Shown here: positions 53,978-63,659 of the stretch, in pieces
How positions within the stretch are numbered: position 1 is the first letter of the stretch
Layout: each line of letters opens with the position of its first letter
IMG/VR virus record: IMGVR_UViG_3300024346_006511
Location: 32,001 to 96,000 of that record
Source: a virus
Direction: 5' to 3' (one strand)
DNA: 64,000 nucleotides
Made by a program: the position numbers and the translations under genes
The notes under the pieces: model-generated
Databases searched by the model: none
Told to the model about the DNA's origin: nothing
The model's input: the letters and a program-made list of their open reading frames with translations, nothing else

Positions 53978-56127
53978 TATATTATCTGTACTTGTGCTTC
54001 TAAGCTAGTTATCCATGATCCTCCGTCTATAGAGTGGCTTATATTTGTTACCATAAAAACTACTTCTGCGTCTTTATATGAATCAGGTAAATTATCATAT
54101 GGTAATTTAAAAAATTGAAGCATTTTTACTCCTCCAATTCCTTTCATTACTAAACTGATATTGCCGGGTATTGCGAAGCCGGTGTGTTTCTCTTCGCTAT
54201 GTAGTTTCTCTGATATTTTAATCTGTTGGTCATCAGAGGCTGCGTATTTTATTTTTTCAACCGTATCCCTTATATAGGATTTTTTGCTGAATAATTGATC
54301 ATACTGTTCTTCAACAGATTTCTTTTGTGCTGGTGCATCTGAAGTTTGTCCACTTATTGTTTCTAGCGGTTTATCTTCTCCGAATCTATCTGTTATGCCT
54401 TTATTGTACGCTGAGACTCCTCTATGTAAGCTTTCAGCAGCATCTGTTCCGGAAAGAACAGCTTGAGTAGTCATTGCGTTTAAAGTAGCTTGATCGATAC
54501 TTGTGTTAAAACTAAATGACTGAACATAAGACTTTTTTCCTAAAGCTTGTAATATTGTTTCTTGATCTTTTATAGAAGAATCTATTGGTAATTGTCTGTC
54601 TCTTACTGACGTAGGTCCTAATTCTTTATCTAAATAAAAATCGTTATATAGAGTAAAATCATTTACACCTCCCATTGCAGTTCGAAGACCAAGTAATAAT
54701 ACATCTAAAAAAGTAGCGATTGTGGGTTTAGCATCAGGATCTTTTTGGATATCTTTTGCTACGTTGTATACGTATTCTGTATTAATCCATACATCTAGTA
54801 AGTCCCCTTTAAAAGCTGATGTATCTCTAAATCCACTCAGTGCAGCAGTTTCTATAGGAGTAGAAGCGCTCTGTCCTGGTAGTAAACATACATGAGGATC
54901 TACGCTGTAGTGATTATCATATGTTACGTATAGGTTTCTTTCGCTTTTTACACAAAACTTTCCTTCTGGATCTTTCTCTCCTTCGTACTTTGGTAAGAAA
55001 AAATAATTCATACATCCAAAAATAAATCTAAAAGGAATATAAGTAAATTTTAAATTTTCAGATTGCTTGAAATCTAATTTATATACTTCTAATTTAAATC
55101 CATCTCCAATCTGTGAGCATATATCATCAACAAATTTTTTGACTTTTCTTTTCTTTAAACCTTTATCTATTCTTTCTTGGTCTGCTTTTATAGGGATTAG
55201 TTTGTCTTCTGACTGTCTTCCTCTACCAGCTGTTTCTGTAATAGTTTTTAATATGGTAGTAAAAGAACCTTCTAATTTATCTGCATTATCAAATTCTAGT
55301 CCTTTATCTGCTTCGCCGTCAGGATTTGTATCTTTATCTGTACCTACTTTAAACATACGAGCTTGGGTTTCTGATAATCCTCCCATTCCCAATGCTTGAA
55401 CAGTTATATTGTACTCTCCATTGTCATACCCCCATTCATAGTTCATTATAGTCCCAATCATATAATCGTAGTTATGTTGAGAGTCATATATTAACTGTCC
55501 TCCTGCTTCTTTTATTTTAGCTATTGGTTTTTCTTTGCCGAATACAATATCATCTGAAATAGTTTTTGGGGTATATACTTTACCCCCGCTATTGTCAACA
55601 TAAACTGAATGTCCCCATTCAAAAAGAAGTTTGAACCCTGGTCTCATATATAGTTTTTCTAATACACTAAAATGTTCCACAGAGAAACATTTAATATTTA
55701 AATCAACCATTCTTAATAAACCTTCTGCTCCTTGAGTTTGAATATCAAAGGAAGTAATACCGGGTTGAGGTACTATTCCCTCTTTTTGAAATGTGTATGC
55801 ATTGTCTGAAGTTTCAAAGTCTTCTCCTTTGAAGTTAATACCTTTACGGGCTTTTCCTGCTGATAATTTATCGTCTGCTCCTTTTGTTCTGACTAAAGTT
55901 CCACCTAAAAGTTGGTATTGTTTTGCAGCATCGGATTTTTTAGTTATATCTATACCGGATGATACTTTTATGAAAGCGTAATTGGTATGGATGTAATGTT
56001 GAGTAAAATCTGGGTCCTCAAAAGTTTTACCGTGTAGTTCACCTCTGACTTTTAACTGGTCTCTAACAGTTCCGTCAACCGGTGTTAATCCTGTTATAGG
56101 GGTTTTATTAAAAACACTATCTGACAT
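53977..56127 (-). CDS. putative baseplate hub protein
   Basis: PQPGITS, LYMRPG..L.EWG, C-terminal VTNISHSIDGGSWITSLE; position after tape measure and wedge genes. Confidence 0.65.
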   Translation of the reverse strand: MSDSVFNKTPITGLTPVDGTVRDQLKVRGELHGKTFEDPDFTQHYIHTNYAFIKVSSGIDITKKSDAAKQYQLLGGTLVRTKGADDKLSAGKARKGINFKGEDFETSDNAYTFQKEGIVPQPGITSFDIQTQGAEGLLRMVDLNIKCFSVEHFSVLEKLYMRPGFKLLFEWGHSVYVDNSGGKVYTPKTISDDIVFGKEKPIAKIKEAGGQLIYDSQHNYDYMIGTIMNYEWGYDNGEYNITVQALGMGGLSETQARMFKVGTDKDTNPDGEADKGLEFDNADKLEGSFTTILKTITETAGRGRQSEDKLIPIKADQERIDKGLKKRKVKKFVDDICSQIGDGFKLEVYKLDFKQSENLKFTYIPFRFIFGCMNYFFLPKYEGEKDPEGKFCVKSERNLYVTYDNHYSVDPHVCLLPGQSASTPIETAALSGFRDTSAFKGDLLDVWINTEYVYNVAKDIQKDPDAKPTIATFLDVLLLGLRTAMGGVNDFTLYNDFYLDKELGPTSVRDRQLPIDSSIKDQETILQALGKKSYVQSFSFNTSIDQATLNAMTTQAVLSGTDAAESLHRGVSAYNKGITDRFGEDKPLETISGQTSDAPAQKKSVEEQYDQLFSKKSYIRDTVEKIKYAASDDQQIKISEKLHSEEKHTGFAIPGNISLVMKGIGGVKMLQFFKLPYDNLPDSYKDAEVVFMVTNISHSIDGGSWITSLEAQVQII

Positions 56128-56130
56128 AAC

Positions 56131-56436
56131 TTATCTTTTTTTATTTAGCTGCTCATATTTTGATATAATCTCATTTGGATTTGCTGGTATTCTTAACTGT
56201 TCTCCTGGGGTTGGTACTAAAGAATCTGATGTGTTTATAGGATTAGCAGAAGCTATTATCCACCATAGTGATGCATCTCTATAAAATTGTTTTGCTAATA
56301 TATCATATCGATCTCCGACAGTAGTAATAACGTAAATATCATCTACAGTTTCAGGTATATCTGGGTAAATAGAGTTTTGTATATATCTCGTACCTTCAGA
56401 TGTCTTAGATTGTTCTATTGTCGTGTATCTGTTCAT
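56131..56436 (-). CDS. LysM-like baseplate wedge / tail protein X-like
   Basis: GDRYDILAKQFY.D.SLWWIIASAN...GEQLRIP. Confidence 0.8.
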   Translation of the reverse strand: MNRYTTIEQSKTSEGTRYIQNSIYPDIPETVDDIYVITTVGDRYDILAKQFYRDASLWWIIASANPINTSDSLVPTPGEQLRIPANPNEIISKYEQLNKKR

Positions 56437-56446
56437 TAGAGATTAA

Positions 56447-57691
56447 TTAAAAGCCGCTTTCTGGTTGCCCATCTTCTGAGTTAATAAAGTCTTTATTTGT
56501 ATGATCACCTATAAACGGTATTACACCGGCTTGAGGGATAAAGTTATGTTCTAATACAGCAGATAGATTAACATCTAATACGTGAGGTACTATCATAACA
56601 TCATCCTCGTCTTTATCTTGTTTTATCTCCCAAGGATAATCTTGCTGCCAACTCAGACCGACAGATGATATAGTACAAGGAGTCTGTTTTAGGTAGTCCC
56701 CAACAGTTATCTTACACCAAGTACCTCTCATAAATAACCCATCGATGTCATAATTAGGAGCTGTAGTAGATACAAGTACATTAAGTTTCCTGTAAATAGG
56801 TATTAGCTCTTCTCTAGTTAATGCAGCTATTTTGAATCCCATAGAAAGTTGACGATCAAATCCGTCGTATGTTCTAAATTGTTGAGGATTACCTAAGTAC
56901 CTTGTACTATTCCAATTACCTGTAAAGGTATCTGAAAAGCTATCTAAGAAAGCTCTAAATCTAATATTAATAGGAGTTTCTTGGTCATATACTGAAAATC
57001 CGAAAGGAATTAAATCCATTTGGTCATCAAAAACAGAAGGTATTGATTCTCCTCTGCTAATTTTGAGAGCATTAATTGGATCTGCAGTATTAACAGAATT
57101 ACCTATTTCACTTGTATAGTTTATTCTACCATATTTAGCTTTATCGGAATCGGTTTCAGATAAGGGTAACTTTTTACTTTTTTTAATACCTGCTGAAAGT
57201 GCATTGGAATGACCTGATTGTATTATTCGTTTTCCAGCTTTACTATTATACTCATTTGTATAAGTTCTTTTTATGTAGTCTCTAACATCAACTCCTCCAA
57301 ACTCTTTACTTCCTTTATATAGATGTAAACCTAAACCATTTAAAGGTGTTTGTCCTATATTTGTTAAAGCAGTTAAAAGTATGTCTTTACCTTCGTCTAA
57401 AAGTTCCTTACCTAATGCGGCAGTTCCTTTATATAATGCTTTTTTATCTACAGCACTAATAAATCCAGTTAAGGCTTGTTTTACTACGTGGGTTATCCCG
57501 GGTTTAGCAATAACAAGTTTAGCCATACGTATAGTATCGTCTAATCGCTTTGCAGCGAGGATACCTTGTACAGCTAAGCCGGAATTTCTTCCGCCTTCTT
57601 TATCTATATCTTTTACAATAAGAGGTTTACGATTTAAACCGCTCTCAAATTTTAAAGACTTTAGATCAGTTTTTAGATCTGTTAATGCCAT
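56447..57691 (-). CDS. putative baseplate / tail-tube initiator protein
   Basis: FRAFLDSFSD...WN...YLG, YDGFDR; follows the tape measure. Confidence 0.65.
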   Translation of the reverse strand: MALTDLKTDLKSLKFESGLNRKPLIVKDIDKEGGRNSGLAVQGILAAKRLDDTIRMAKLVIAKPGITHVVKQALTGFISAVDKKALYKGTAALGKELLDEGKDILLTALTNIGQTPLNGLGLHLYKGSKEFGGVDVRDYIKRTYTNEYNSKAGKRIIQSGHSNALSAGIKKSKKLPLSETDSDKAKYGRINYTSEIGNSVNTADPINALKISRGESIPSVFDDQMDLIPFGFSVYDQETPINIRFRAFLDSFSDTFTGNWNSTRYLGNPQQFRTYDGFDRQLSMGFKIAALTREELIPIYRKLNVLVSTTAPNYDIDGLFMRGTWCKITVGDYLKQTPCTISSVGLSWQQDYPWEIKQDKDEDDVMIVPHVLDVNLSAVLEHNFIPQAGVIPFIGDHTNKDFINSEDGQPESGF

Positions 57692-57696
57692 AAATA

Positions 57697-57885
57697 TTAC
57701 GTAGGAGGATTATCCAAGTACTTTGCTGGTGTTGCTCCATCTAAATCGATAGCTGAAGAACCTGCAGCGATATTTCCTCCGTCAACATGTACTTTAGTTG
57801 TATCAGCGGATGCTCCTGCTCTTAATGCTGGTTGTGCTCCTCCAAGACCTAAAGTTGTTGTTGCTAATGAATCAATAAGTGCCAT
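57697..57885 (-). CDS. small virion-associated protein
   Basis: DLDGATPAKYLDNPP; TATTTATA upstream. Confidence 0.65.
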   Translation of the reverse strand: MALIDSLATTTLGLGGAQPALRAGASADTTKVHVDGGNIAAGSSAIDLDGATPAKYLDNPPT

Positions 57886-57924
57886 AGTTGTTTAGTTTTA
57901 ATTGTTAATATACTTATAAATAGT

Positions 57925-60900
57925 TTATACTCTTGTTAATGATTGACCGACTTTGAAAGTGTTCATTTTTATTATATTTTTCTGCGGTGATTTTATGTAT
58001 TGATATAGTAGTAATGTTTGATTTCTAAGTTCTAGTAATTCTTTTGAATGTTGCTTATCACTTGATTCTTTTAATTTCTTTAGCTCTACTAATTGATTGT
58101 TTGCTGCTTTTGCATTTTCTCCTAAAGGATTTTCTAATACATCTCCTAAACTATCCATCGCTTTAACAGTACCTTTAGTACTCTTTTCTATCGCAGTATT
58201 AATAGCTGTAGTGAATGTCTTAGCTTGATCTTTAGACATTTGCATTAACGGTGCAGTAACCTTTTTAATTTCTTTCTGTTTGATCTCTGGGGATGCTGAT
58301 TTAGTTTTATCACCCATTCCGACAAAGTTTTTAACACCTTTCCATGCACTACCTAGCATATCTTTAGCTTTAGAAGCTAATCCACGAGCGGCTGCTCCGA
58401 CTGCATTTGCAAAACCTCCACTTTCTGATATGAAGTCTCCTATCTTACTAGCAACTTTAGATGCGCCTTCTCCTATAGATGAAGCAAAACCTGCGATTTT
58501 GTCTCTAGCAGTACTAGCAAAATTAGCTACTCCTGCACCTACAGTACTGGCAAATGCTCCAATCTTTTCTTTTGCTGAAGTTGCAAAGTTAGATATACCT
58601 TCACCTACTGCACTGGCTAATTCGACTGCTTTGTCTTTTGCTGAAGTTGCAAAGTTAGATATACCTTCTCCGACAGATGAGGCAAATGCAAATGCTTTAT
58701 CTTTTACTCCGACCGCAAAGTCTTTCATTCTACCTGCTACTTCAACAGCTTTGTCTTTAACACCTACAGCAAAGTCTTTAATTTTGGCGCCTACCATAAT
58801 GGCACCTTCTTTAACTTTATTACCTATCTCCTTAGCTTTATCCCAAGTAGCAGTTGCAAACTCGCTTACTCCTTTTCTAAGTGTAGAATTAGGGTCTGAG
58901 AATACTTTAAACCCTTCTGATATTAACCCTATTGCTCCACCAACAGCTGCGCCTACAGCTGTACCTACCACAGGAATAACTGAACCAATAGCTGCTCCTG
59001 TCATTGCACCTCTAGCACCTGCAGAAGCAATACCTAATGCTTCATCTCCTGCACCGCCTTTCTCTATACCTAATTTTTCACTAAACATCGAGCCTTTTTC
59101 AGCTCCTCCAGTTAAAGCACCTAAGACGCCGGCTTCAACTACGCCCATATCCTCTCGGATACCTTGTTCTTTCTTTTGTTCAGCAGTTAAATCTTTAACT
59201 TGATTAACACCTTTAAAAGCACCCATTGCTAATTCTAATGGTGCTAATATCTTACCCCCTACGGTTTTTAATATACCACTAGCTGCTCCTGAAGGAAATT
59301 TAAGTTTAGAGAAAATGTTACCTAAATTAGGTAATTTTATTTTAGAGAATATCTTAGTAAGATTTGGAAGTTTCATTTTAGAGAACATCGTTCCAAATCT
59401 ACCTATTTGTTTACCTAAGAAGCCACCTTTCATTTTCAATGCTCTAAAGAACACTTGAGGCTTTTTAAATAAAGTTTTTACCTGTTTAAAGAACCCCGCT
59501 TTACCTAAAGATTGGGTAAGATCTCCGGCATTCATTCCTCCACTTACGGTATGAATAGGATCCATTGCGCTACCTGTAGGTTTATTAGAACCTAGTCCTA
59601 AGAAACTTTTAATCCCGCTAAAAACACCTTTTGCAGCTTTAAATGTTATTGCTGCTCCTCCTCCAACTGCTAAAACTCCTAAAAATCTTCCTACGTTTGA
59701 ACCAGATTTAAAATAGTCAAAGCCTTCTTCAAAAGCTTTAGATATTTCATCCCACATCATACTCCCGATATTTGACATACCAGCCATGAATCCATCGTCA
59801 AAACCGTCAATTATATCTGAGGCAAAACTATTTGCTCCAAGAGCCATGTTTTCTTGGAACTTTGCAATTTTGTCTCCTAAAGAAGTTAACTTGCCGGTTG
59901 TTTTTTCTACAGATTTAGCAATATCTTCTTGAGACATTTTTCTAGCTTTGCCGTTTGCTTCTTCTGCTGCTCCTGATTTTTCAGTTAAAGTAGATAGGGC
60001 CTCACCGTTTTTTATAATATCATTATATTGGTCTCTTGTGATACCTAATGTAGCAGCAAACTGTTCTTGAAGTTTTACGTTATTACCAATTCTTCCTTGG
60101 TTCTCCATAACAAGCCTTTTCATTTCTTCGGCCTGTGTAGTTACATTTCCTGTTAAAGCTGCTTCTCTTAATTTATTTAAGTTTAACTGTTTACCGAGCA
60201 TCATCTCAGTAGTCATTTCATCAGTTAAACTTTTCTGGAAGTCTGTTGTTGATTCAGATGCAGCTCTTATGTCCTCCATTGACATACCTAACGATCTTGC
60301 TGCTGCAGCGGCTGCTGCTAATGCTCCAGGTTGTTTCCCTATGCCTCTTAAAGTTGTGGCAGAGGCTTTACCTATATCTTCAAAAATAGCTTTAGTACTT
60401 ATAGAGACGTTATTCATCTCATTAAACCTAGCTACTCCTGCTGTGACTGCATCAACAGTCTCAGTCATTGTCTTTTTATTCGCTGCTGAATTTTTAACTA
60501 TATGAGCTACGGCATCAACAGATACTCCGTATTTATTTGCTAACTTAATAGCTTGTTCTGTAGTTTCTTTGGTAAAGTCTAAAGACGTACCAAGAGAATC
60601 ATTTATTCCTGCTATTGTAGCGGCAGCTTCATTTAAAGGTACACTAAATTTTCCGGCTGCTGCAGAAACTCGACTCATCTGAGCTTGCATATTTACCATC
60701 GATCCAGCAACGCTCTTATTTAATGTTACTACAGCTTCAGAAGACTTTTTGGCTCCATCAACTGCTAAAGAAATGAATGCTGTTAATGCAGCTGTAAGTC
60801 CTGCAAATACAAATCCTCCAAAAGCTTTTCTAACCGCTTCTCCTGCTCCTTTTCCTTCTGCTTTTAGTGTTTTAAACTTCTTAGAAGCCTCCGATATACC

Positions 60901-61959
60901 ACCAGTTAAGAAGCTAATTGCGCTACCTATAATAGGTATACCAGATGCAGCAGCTCCAAATTTCTCAAATGCTTCTATAAATTTTGGAGTGGCATTATTT
61001 ACTTTTTCTATTTCAGTAGATAATCCTTGAGCATAGTTTAAACCATTTTCTATCTCTTGAGCTGCTTTGCTAAGGTTTTCAACCATCATATCAGTGGTAA
61101 TTACCTGAGCTGATAAGTCTTCTTGCTGTTCTTCTAATGCTTCTGCTACTGCTTTTTCTACCTTAAGCTTATCTTCTGCCGATTTTACTACGTTGGAAGC
61201 GTCAGTTTTCATTTTTTCAGCAGCTTCCATTTGCTCCGATTGAGCTTTTATATTATCTTGTTCAGCAGCTAGCTGTGCTTTTTTCTGATTTATTATTTTA
61301 ACTAACTCACCTTGTGTTGCTTTTGCCCCTTTTGATTGTTCAAAAGCTTTTAATCCTTCCTTGCTGGATAGTAAAGCTATTTGCTTTGATAAGTCTTCAC
61401 TCTTCTTTTGAGATTCAAATGCTGCATCAGAAGCTGTTTTTCGTTGAGCCTCCGCATCTTTAGATATGTCTTTTTGTTGTTGTTTAGCAGCTATAACTTG
61501 TTCTTCAGCTAAAACAACTTGTTTAATCTGTTCTAAAAGAGATACCTCATTCGCGTATAATTCTCGACCGAGTACTTCTGCTCTTTCTGCTAGCTCGGCT
61601 TTTTGTGCCTGTACTGATGCTTGTTCTGCTTCAGCTTTGAGTACCTGTTTTTCAAAAGCATTACGTGTTTTTGTATCTTTTAGCTGGTTCGTAGTAAAAC
61701 CAGAAAGTTTTTTAGCAAGATCAATATTATCTTTATATGATTTACTAAAGTTTTTTACTTGTCCTGCTATCTCATTACTAGACTTAACTGCGCGTTCGGC
61801 GAAGACAGCATCGGCTGCTCCAAGATTCTTAAAGGCACCAGCTAACCCTTCAAGAGCTGCTTTAGCTTGCGCTCCTTCCCTATTGATCATTTTTAATTGA
61901 TCTATACGTGCTTGTGTAGCTCCTTCGTTACCTTGTAGGGGATCTTTTTCTTCCGCCAT
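57925..61959 (-). CDS. tail tape measure protein
   Basis: 1344 aa, Ala/Gly-rich helical protein with 11/22-aa periodicity; after tube and chaperone. Confidence 0.88.
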   Translation of the reverse strand: MAEEKDPLQGNEGATQARIDQLKMINREGAQAKAALEGLAGAFKNLGAADAVFAERAVKSSNEIAGQVKNFSKSYKDNIDLAKKLSGFTTNQLKDTKTRNAFEKQVLKAEAEQASVQAQKAELAERAEVLGRELYANEVSLLEQIKQVVLAEEQVIAAKQQQKDISKDAEAQRKTASDAAFESQKKSEDLSKQIALLSSKEGLKAFEQSKGAKATQGELVKIINQKKAQLAAEQDNIKAQSEQMEAAEKMKTDASNVVKSAEDKLKVEKAVAEALEEQQEDLSAQVITTDMMVENLSKAAQEIENGLNYAQGLSTEIEKVNNATPKFIEAFEKFGAAASGIPIIGSAISFLTGGISEASKKFKTLKAEGKGAGEAVRKAFGGFVFAGLTAALTAFISLAVDGAKKSSEAVVTLNKSVAGSMVNMQAQMSRVSAAAGKFSVPLNEAAATIAGINDSLGTSLDFTKETTEQAIKLANKYGVSVDAVAHIVKNSAANKKTMTETVDAVTAGVARFNEMNNVSISTKAIFEDIGKASATTLRGIGKQPGALAAAAAAARSLGMSMEDIRAASESTTDFQKSLTDEMTTEMMLGKQLNLNKLREAALTGNVTTQAEEMKRLVMENQGRIGNNVKLQEQFAATLGITRDQYNDIIKNGEALSTLTEKSGAAEEANGKARKMSQEDIAKSVEKTTGKLTSLGDKIAKFQENMALGANSFASDIIDGFDDGFMAGMSNIGSMMWDEISKAFEEGFDYFKSGSNVGRFLGVLAVGGGAAITFKAAKGVFSGIKSFLGLGSNKPTGSAMDPIHTVSGGMNAGDLTQSLGKAGFFKQVKTLFKKPQVFFRALKMKGGFLGKQIGRFGTMFSKMKLPNLTKIFSKIKLPNLGNIFSKLKFPSGAASGILKTVGGKILAPLELAMGAFKGVNQVKDLTAEQKKEQGIREDMGVVEAGVLGALTGGAEKGSMFSEKLGIEKGGAGDEALGIASAGARGAMTGAAIGSVIPVVGTAVGAAVGGAIGLISEGFKVFSDPNSTLRKGVSEFATATWDKAKEIGNKVKEGAIMVGAKIKDFAVGVKDKAVEVAGRMKDFAVGVKDKAFAFASSVGEGISNFATSAKDKAVELASAVGEGISNFATSAKEKIGAFASTVGAGVANFASTARDKIAGFASSIGEGASKVASKIGDFISESGGFANAVGAAARGLASKAKDMLGSAWKGVKNFVGMGDKTKSASPEIKQKEIKKVTAPLMQMSKDQAKTFTTAINTAIEKSTKGTVKAMDSLGDVLENPLGENAKAANNQLVELKKLKESSDKQHSKELLELRNQTLLLYQYIKSPQKNIIKMNTFKVGQSLTRV
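58568..58668. repeat. 35-bp direct repeat with 66-bp period inside the tape measure gene
   Basis: TCTTTTGCTGAAGTTGCAAAGTTAGATATACCTTC at 58568 and 58634. Confidence 0.85.
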
Positions 61960-61997
61960 TTACCTATGAGTTTAATATAAATAGCAAAGGCTCCTAA

Positions 61998-62261
61998 TTA
62001 TTTAGAAGCCGTTGTGCTATAGGATGGAGAAATATCCGGTCCTTTTGGTCTATTATCTGTGGTTTGTTGTTGAGCGCTTTCGTTTTCTTCGTTTTGCTCT
62101 TTATACCACTCGTTAATATAGTTGAAAGTTAATCTTCTTAACCATATCGGCATGTTATACACAGTATGCCAGTCATAGCCACCTTTACCATGAAATACTA
62201 TGTCGTGTATTTGCCGAAATAATCTGCTTCGCGTTTCCGCAGCAGCGTTAGGCGTCAGGCC
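61998..62261 (-). CDS. frameshift extension (gpT-like) of the tail assembly chaperone
   Basis: Open alternative frame from the T7 slip site: GLTPNAAAETRSRLFRQIHDIVFHGKGGYDWHTVYNMPIWLRR...TASK. Confidence 0.7.
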   Translation of the reverse strand, partial: GLTPNAAAETRSRLFRQIHDIVFHGKGGYDWHTVYNMPIWLRRLTFNYINEWYKEQNEENESAQQQTTDNRPKGPDISPSYSTTASK

Positions 62262-63012
62262 AAAAAAAGTTGATCGTCACAGGGACGTCGATGTCCTCCC
62301 CAACACCGTCTTCATCCACATGGTAGACTTTAAATTCAACATCTGGTTGTACTCTTGCGTATTCTTCTCTCAATGCTCTTGCATCTTGAGCTAATAGCCC
62401 TTGGTCAACAAACTGTCTTATTGTAGATACCTCTCTATCTCCATTTACTGAAGTAATAATGTACTTCATTCTAGTTGATAGTGTAGCGCTACTTTCTCTG
62501 TTGATTTTCTTTAGTCCTTCTACTTCTCTGTCAATGTTTTTATCATCTCCATGAGTAAGAAGTTTAAAAGTTACTTCATTACCACTTTTAGGTAGTCCAA
62601 AAGTAAACTCTCTCTGTCCTTGTTCAAGACTATCGAAATCTAACTCTTTATCTTTGATTTCAGTTAAATCAACTGTAATATCTTTACCGTTATATTGAAT
62701 ATCGTAATCTTTACCGTAAGATAATATACGTGCTGCAACCATAATTGCATTTTTGTCTCCAATAAGTAAATCGTTGTAGTTGAAATCTGATACGATTAGT
62801 GATTGTAATAACTTATCAATTACTACTCCTTTTTCAATGTAGTTTTGATTCGTTAAGATATCTTCCTCTTTGGCAGTCATATACTTCATTTCGACTTTAC
62901 CACTGGCCAGAGGGTGATCGGATGGGTATAACTTACCTTTAGATGGAATGTCTACCTGTTCGGTAGGGATTTGAAATTTAGGCTTTTCTGCCTTTTTTAC
63001 TTGATTTTCCAT
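62248..63012 (-). CDS. tail assembly chaperone / T4 gp26-like baseplate assembly protein
   Basis: IPSKG..Y, MTAKEEDIL, GDKNAIM..ARILSYG, ends NFFWPDA; lies between tube and tape measure. Confidence 0.75.
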   Translation of the reverse strand: MENQVKKAEKPKFQIPTEQVDIPSKGKLYPSDHPLASGKVEMKYMTAKEEDILTNQNYIEKGVVIDKLLQSLIVSDFNYNDLLIGDKNAIMVAARILSYGKDYDIQYNGKDITVDLTEIKDKELDFDSLEQGQREFTFGLPKSGNEVTFKLLTHGDDKNIDREVEGLKKINRESSATLSTRMKYIITSVNGDREVSTIRQFVDQGLLAQDARALREEYARVQPDVEFKVYHVDEDGVGEDIDVPVTINFFWPDA

Positions 63013-63045
63013 AAATTATTAATAATTAGAACTAGTTTATATATA

Positions 63046-63075
63046 AATATACGAATATAAACTTTTAGAAACAAC
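63046..63075 (-). promoter_or_regulatory. early/middle promoter motif overlapping a TATTTATA motif
   Basis: GTTG-N18-CGTATATT. Confidence 0.65.
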
Positions 63076-63083
63076 TATAAACT

Positions 63084-63108
63084 AAAAAAAAGCCCCACAA
63101 GGGGGCTT
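63084..63108 (-). terminator. intrinsic terminator after the tail tube gene
   Basis: AAGCCCC-CTTGT-GGGGCTT followed by a T run. Confidence 0.85.
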
Positions 63109-63135
63109 CTTAATATATAATAAAGTATTTTATTC

Positions 63136-63621
63136 CTAGTAATTCAATATACAGTAATCCATGTTGATTGTAATTCCTAAATCAACTACTGCATCAGAAG
63201 ACCAGTCAAATTGACCAAAGTCTCCGTTTGTAACGAATGCACCTTTAATGATCCATTCTCCAATTACGTCCCCTACAGGACCTAATACGTTAAGAGTTAA
63301 ATCTTTTTTGTAGAAATCTGAATATCCAGCTCTACCAGTTACTGATTCGTATCCTAGTCTTGCCCATTCCATTACGGCTTGTGCTCCACTTGGAGTTATC
63401 GGATCGTATAGAGTCATAGTCATCTCTGCCCATTCTCTCTTTCCTCTAATTTTTCTGTATGAATTTATATGGTCTAGCTTTACTACGTTGTCTGTAAACG
63501 TAGGTGCTTTGACGTTTTTTATCATGAATGATGGAATTGCATCAATATACATGATAAATCTGTTTTGGACTTTCGGTTCGAAAGCTCTGAACATTATTTC
63601 GTTAGGATCTAATACTGCCAT
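63136..63621 (-). CDS. tail tube protein (T4 gp19-like)
   Basis: FEPKVQNRF, LYDPITPSGAQAVMEW, GPVGD..EW.IKGAF; follows the sheath. Confidence 0.88.
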   Translation of the reverse strand: MAVLDPNEIMFRAFEPKVQNRFIMYIDAIPSFMIKNVKAPTFTDNVVKLDHINSYRKIRGKREWAEMTMTLYDPITPSGAQAVMEWARLGYESVTGRAGYSDFYKKDLTLNVLGPVGDVIGEWIIKGAFVTNGDFGQFDWSSDAVVDLGITINMDYCILNY

Positions 63622-63659
63622 TTTATGTTATCTTTATTATAAATATTCAACTTTTAAAT

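Noticed and set aside
1876-62394. All plus-strand ORFs in the track (e.g. 9984..10673, 21938..22234, 58280..59203, 61466..61900)
   Set aside because: They are antisense shadows of well-supported minus-strand genes, low-complexity tracts or terminator regions, and have no recognisable motifs.
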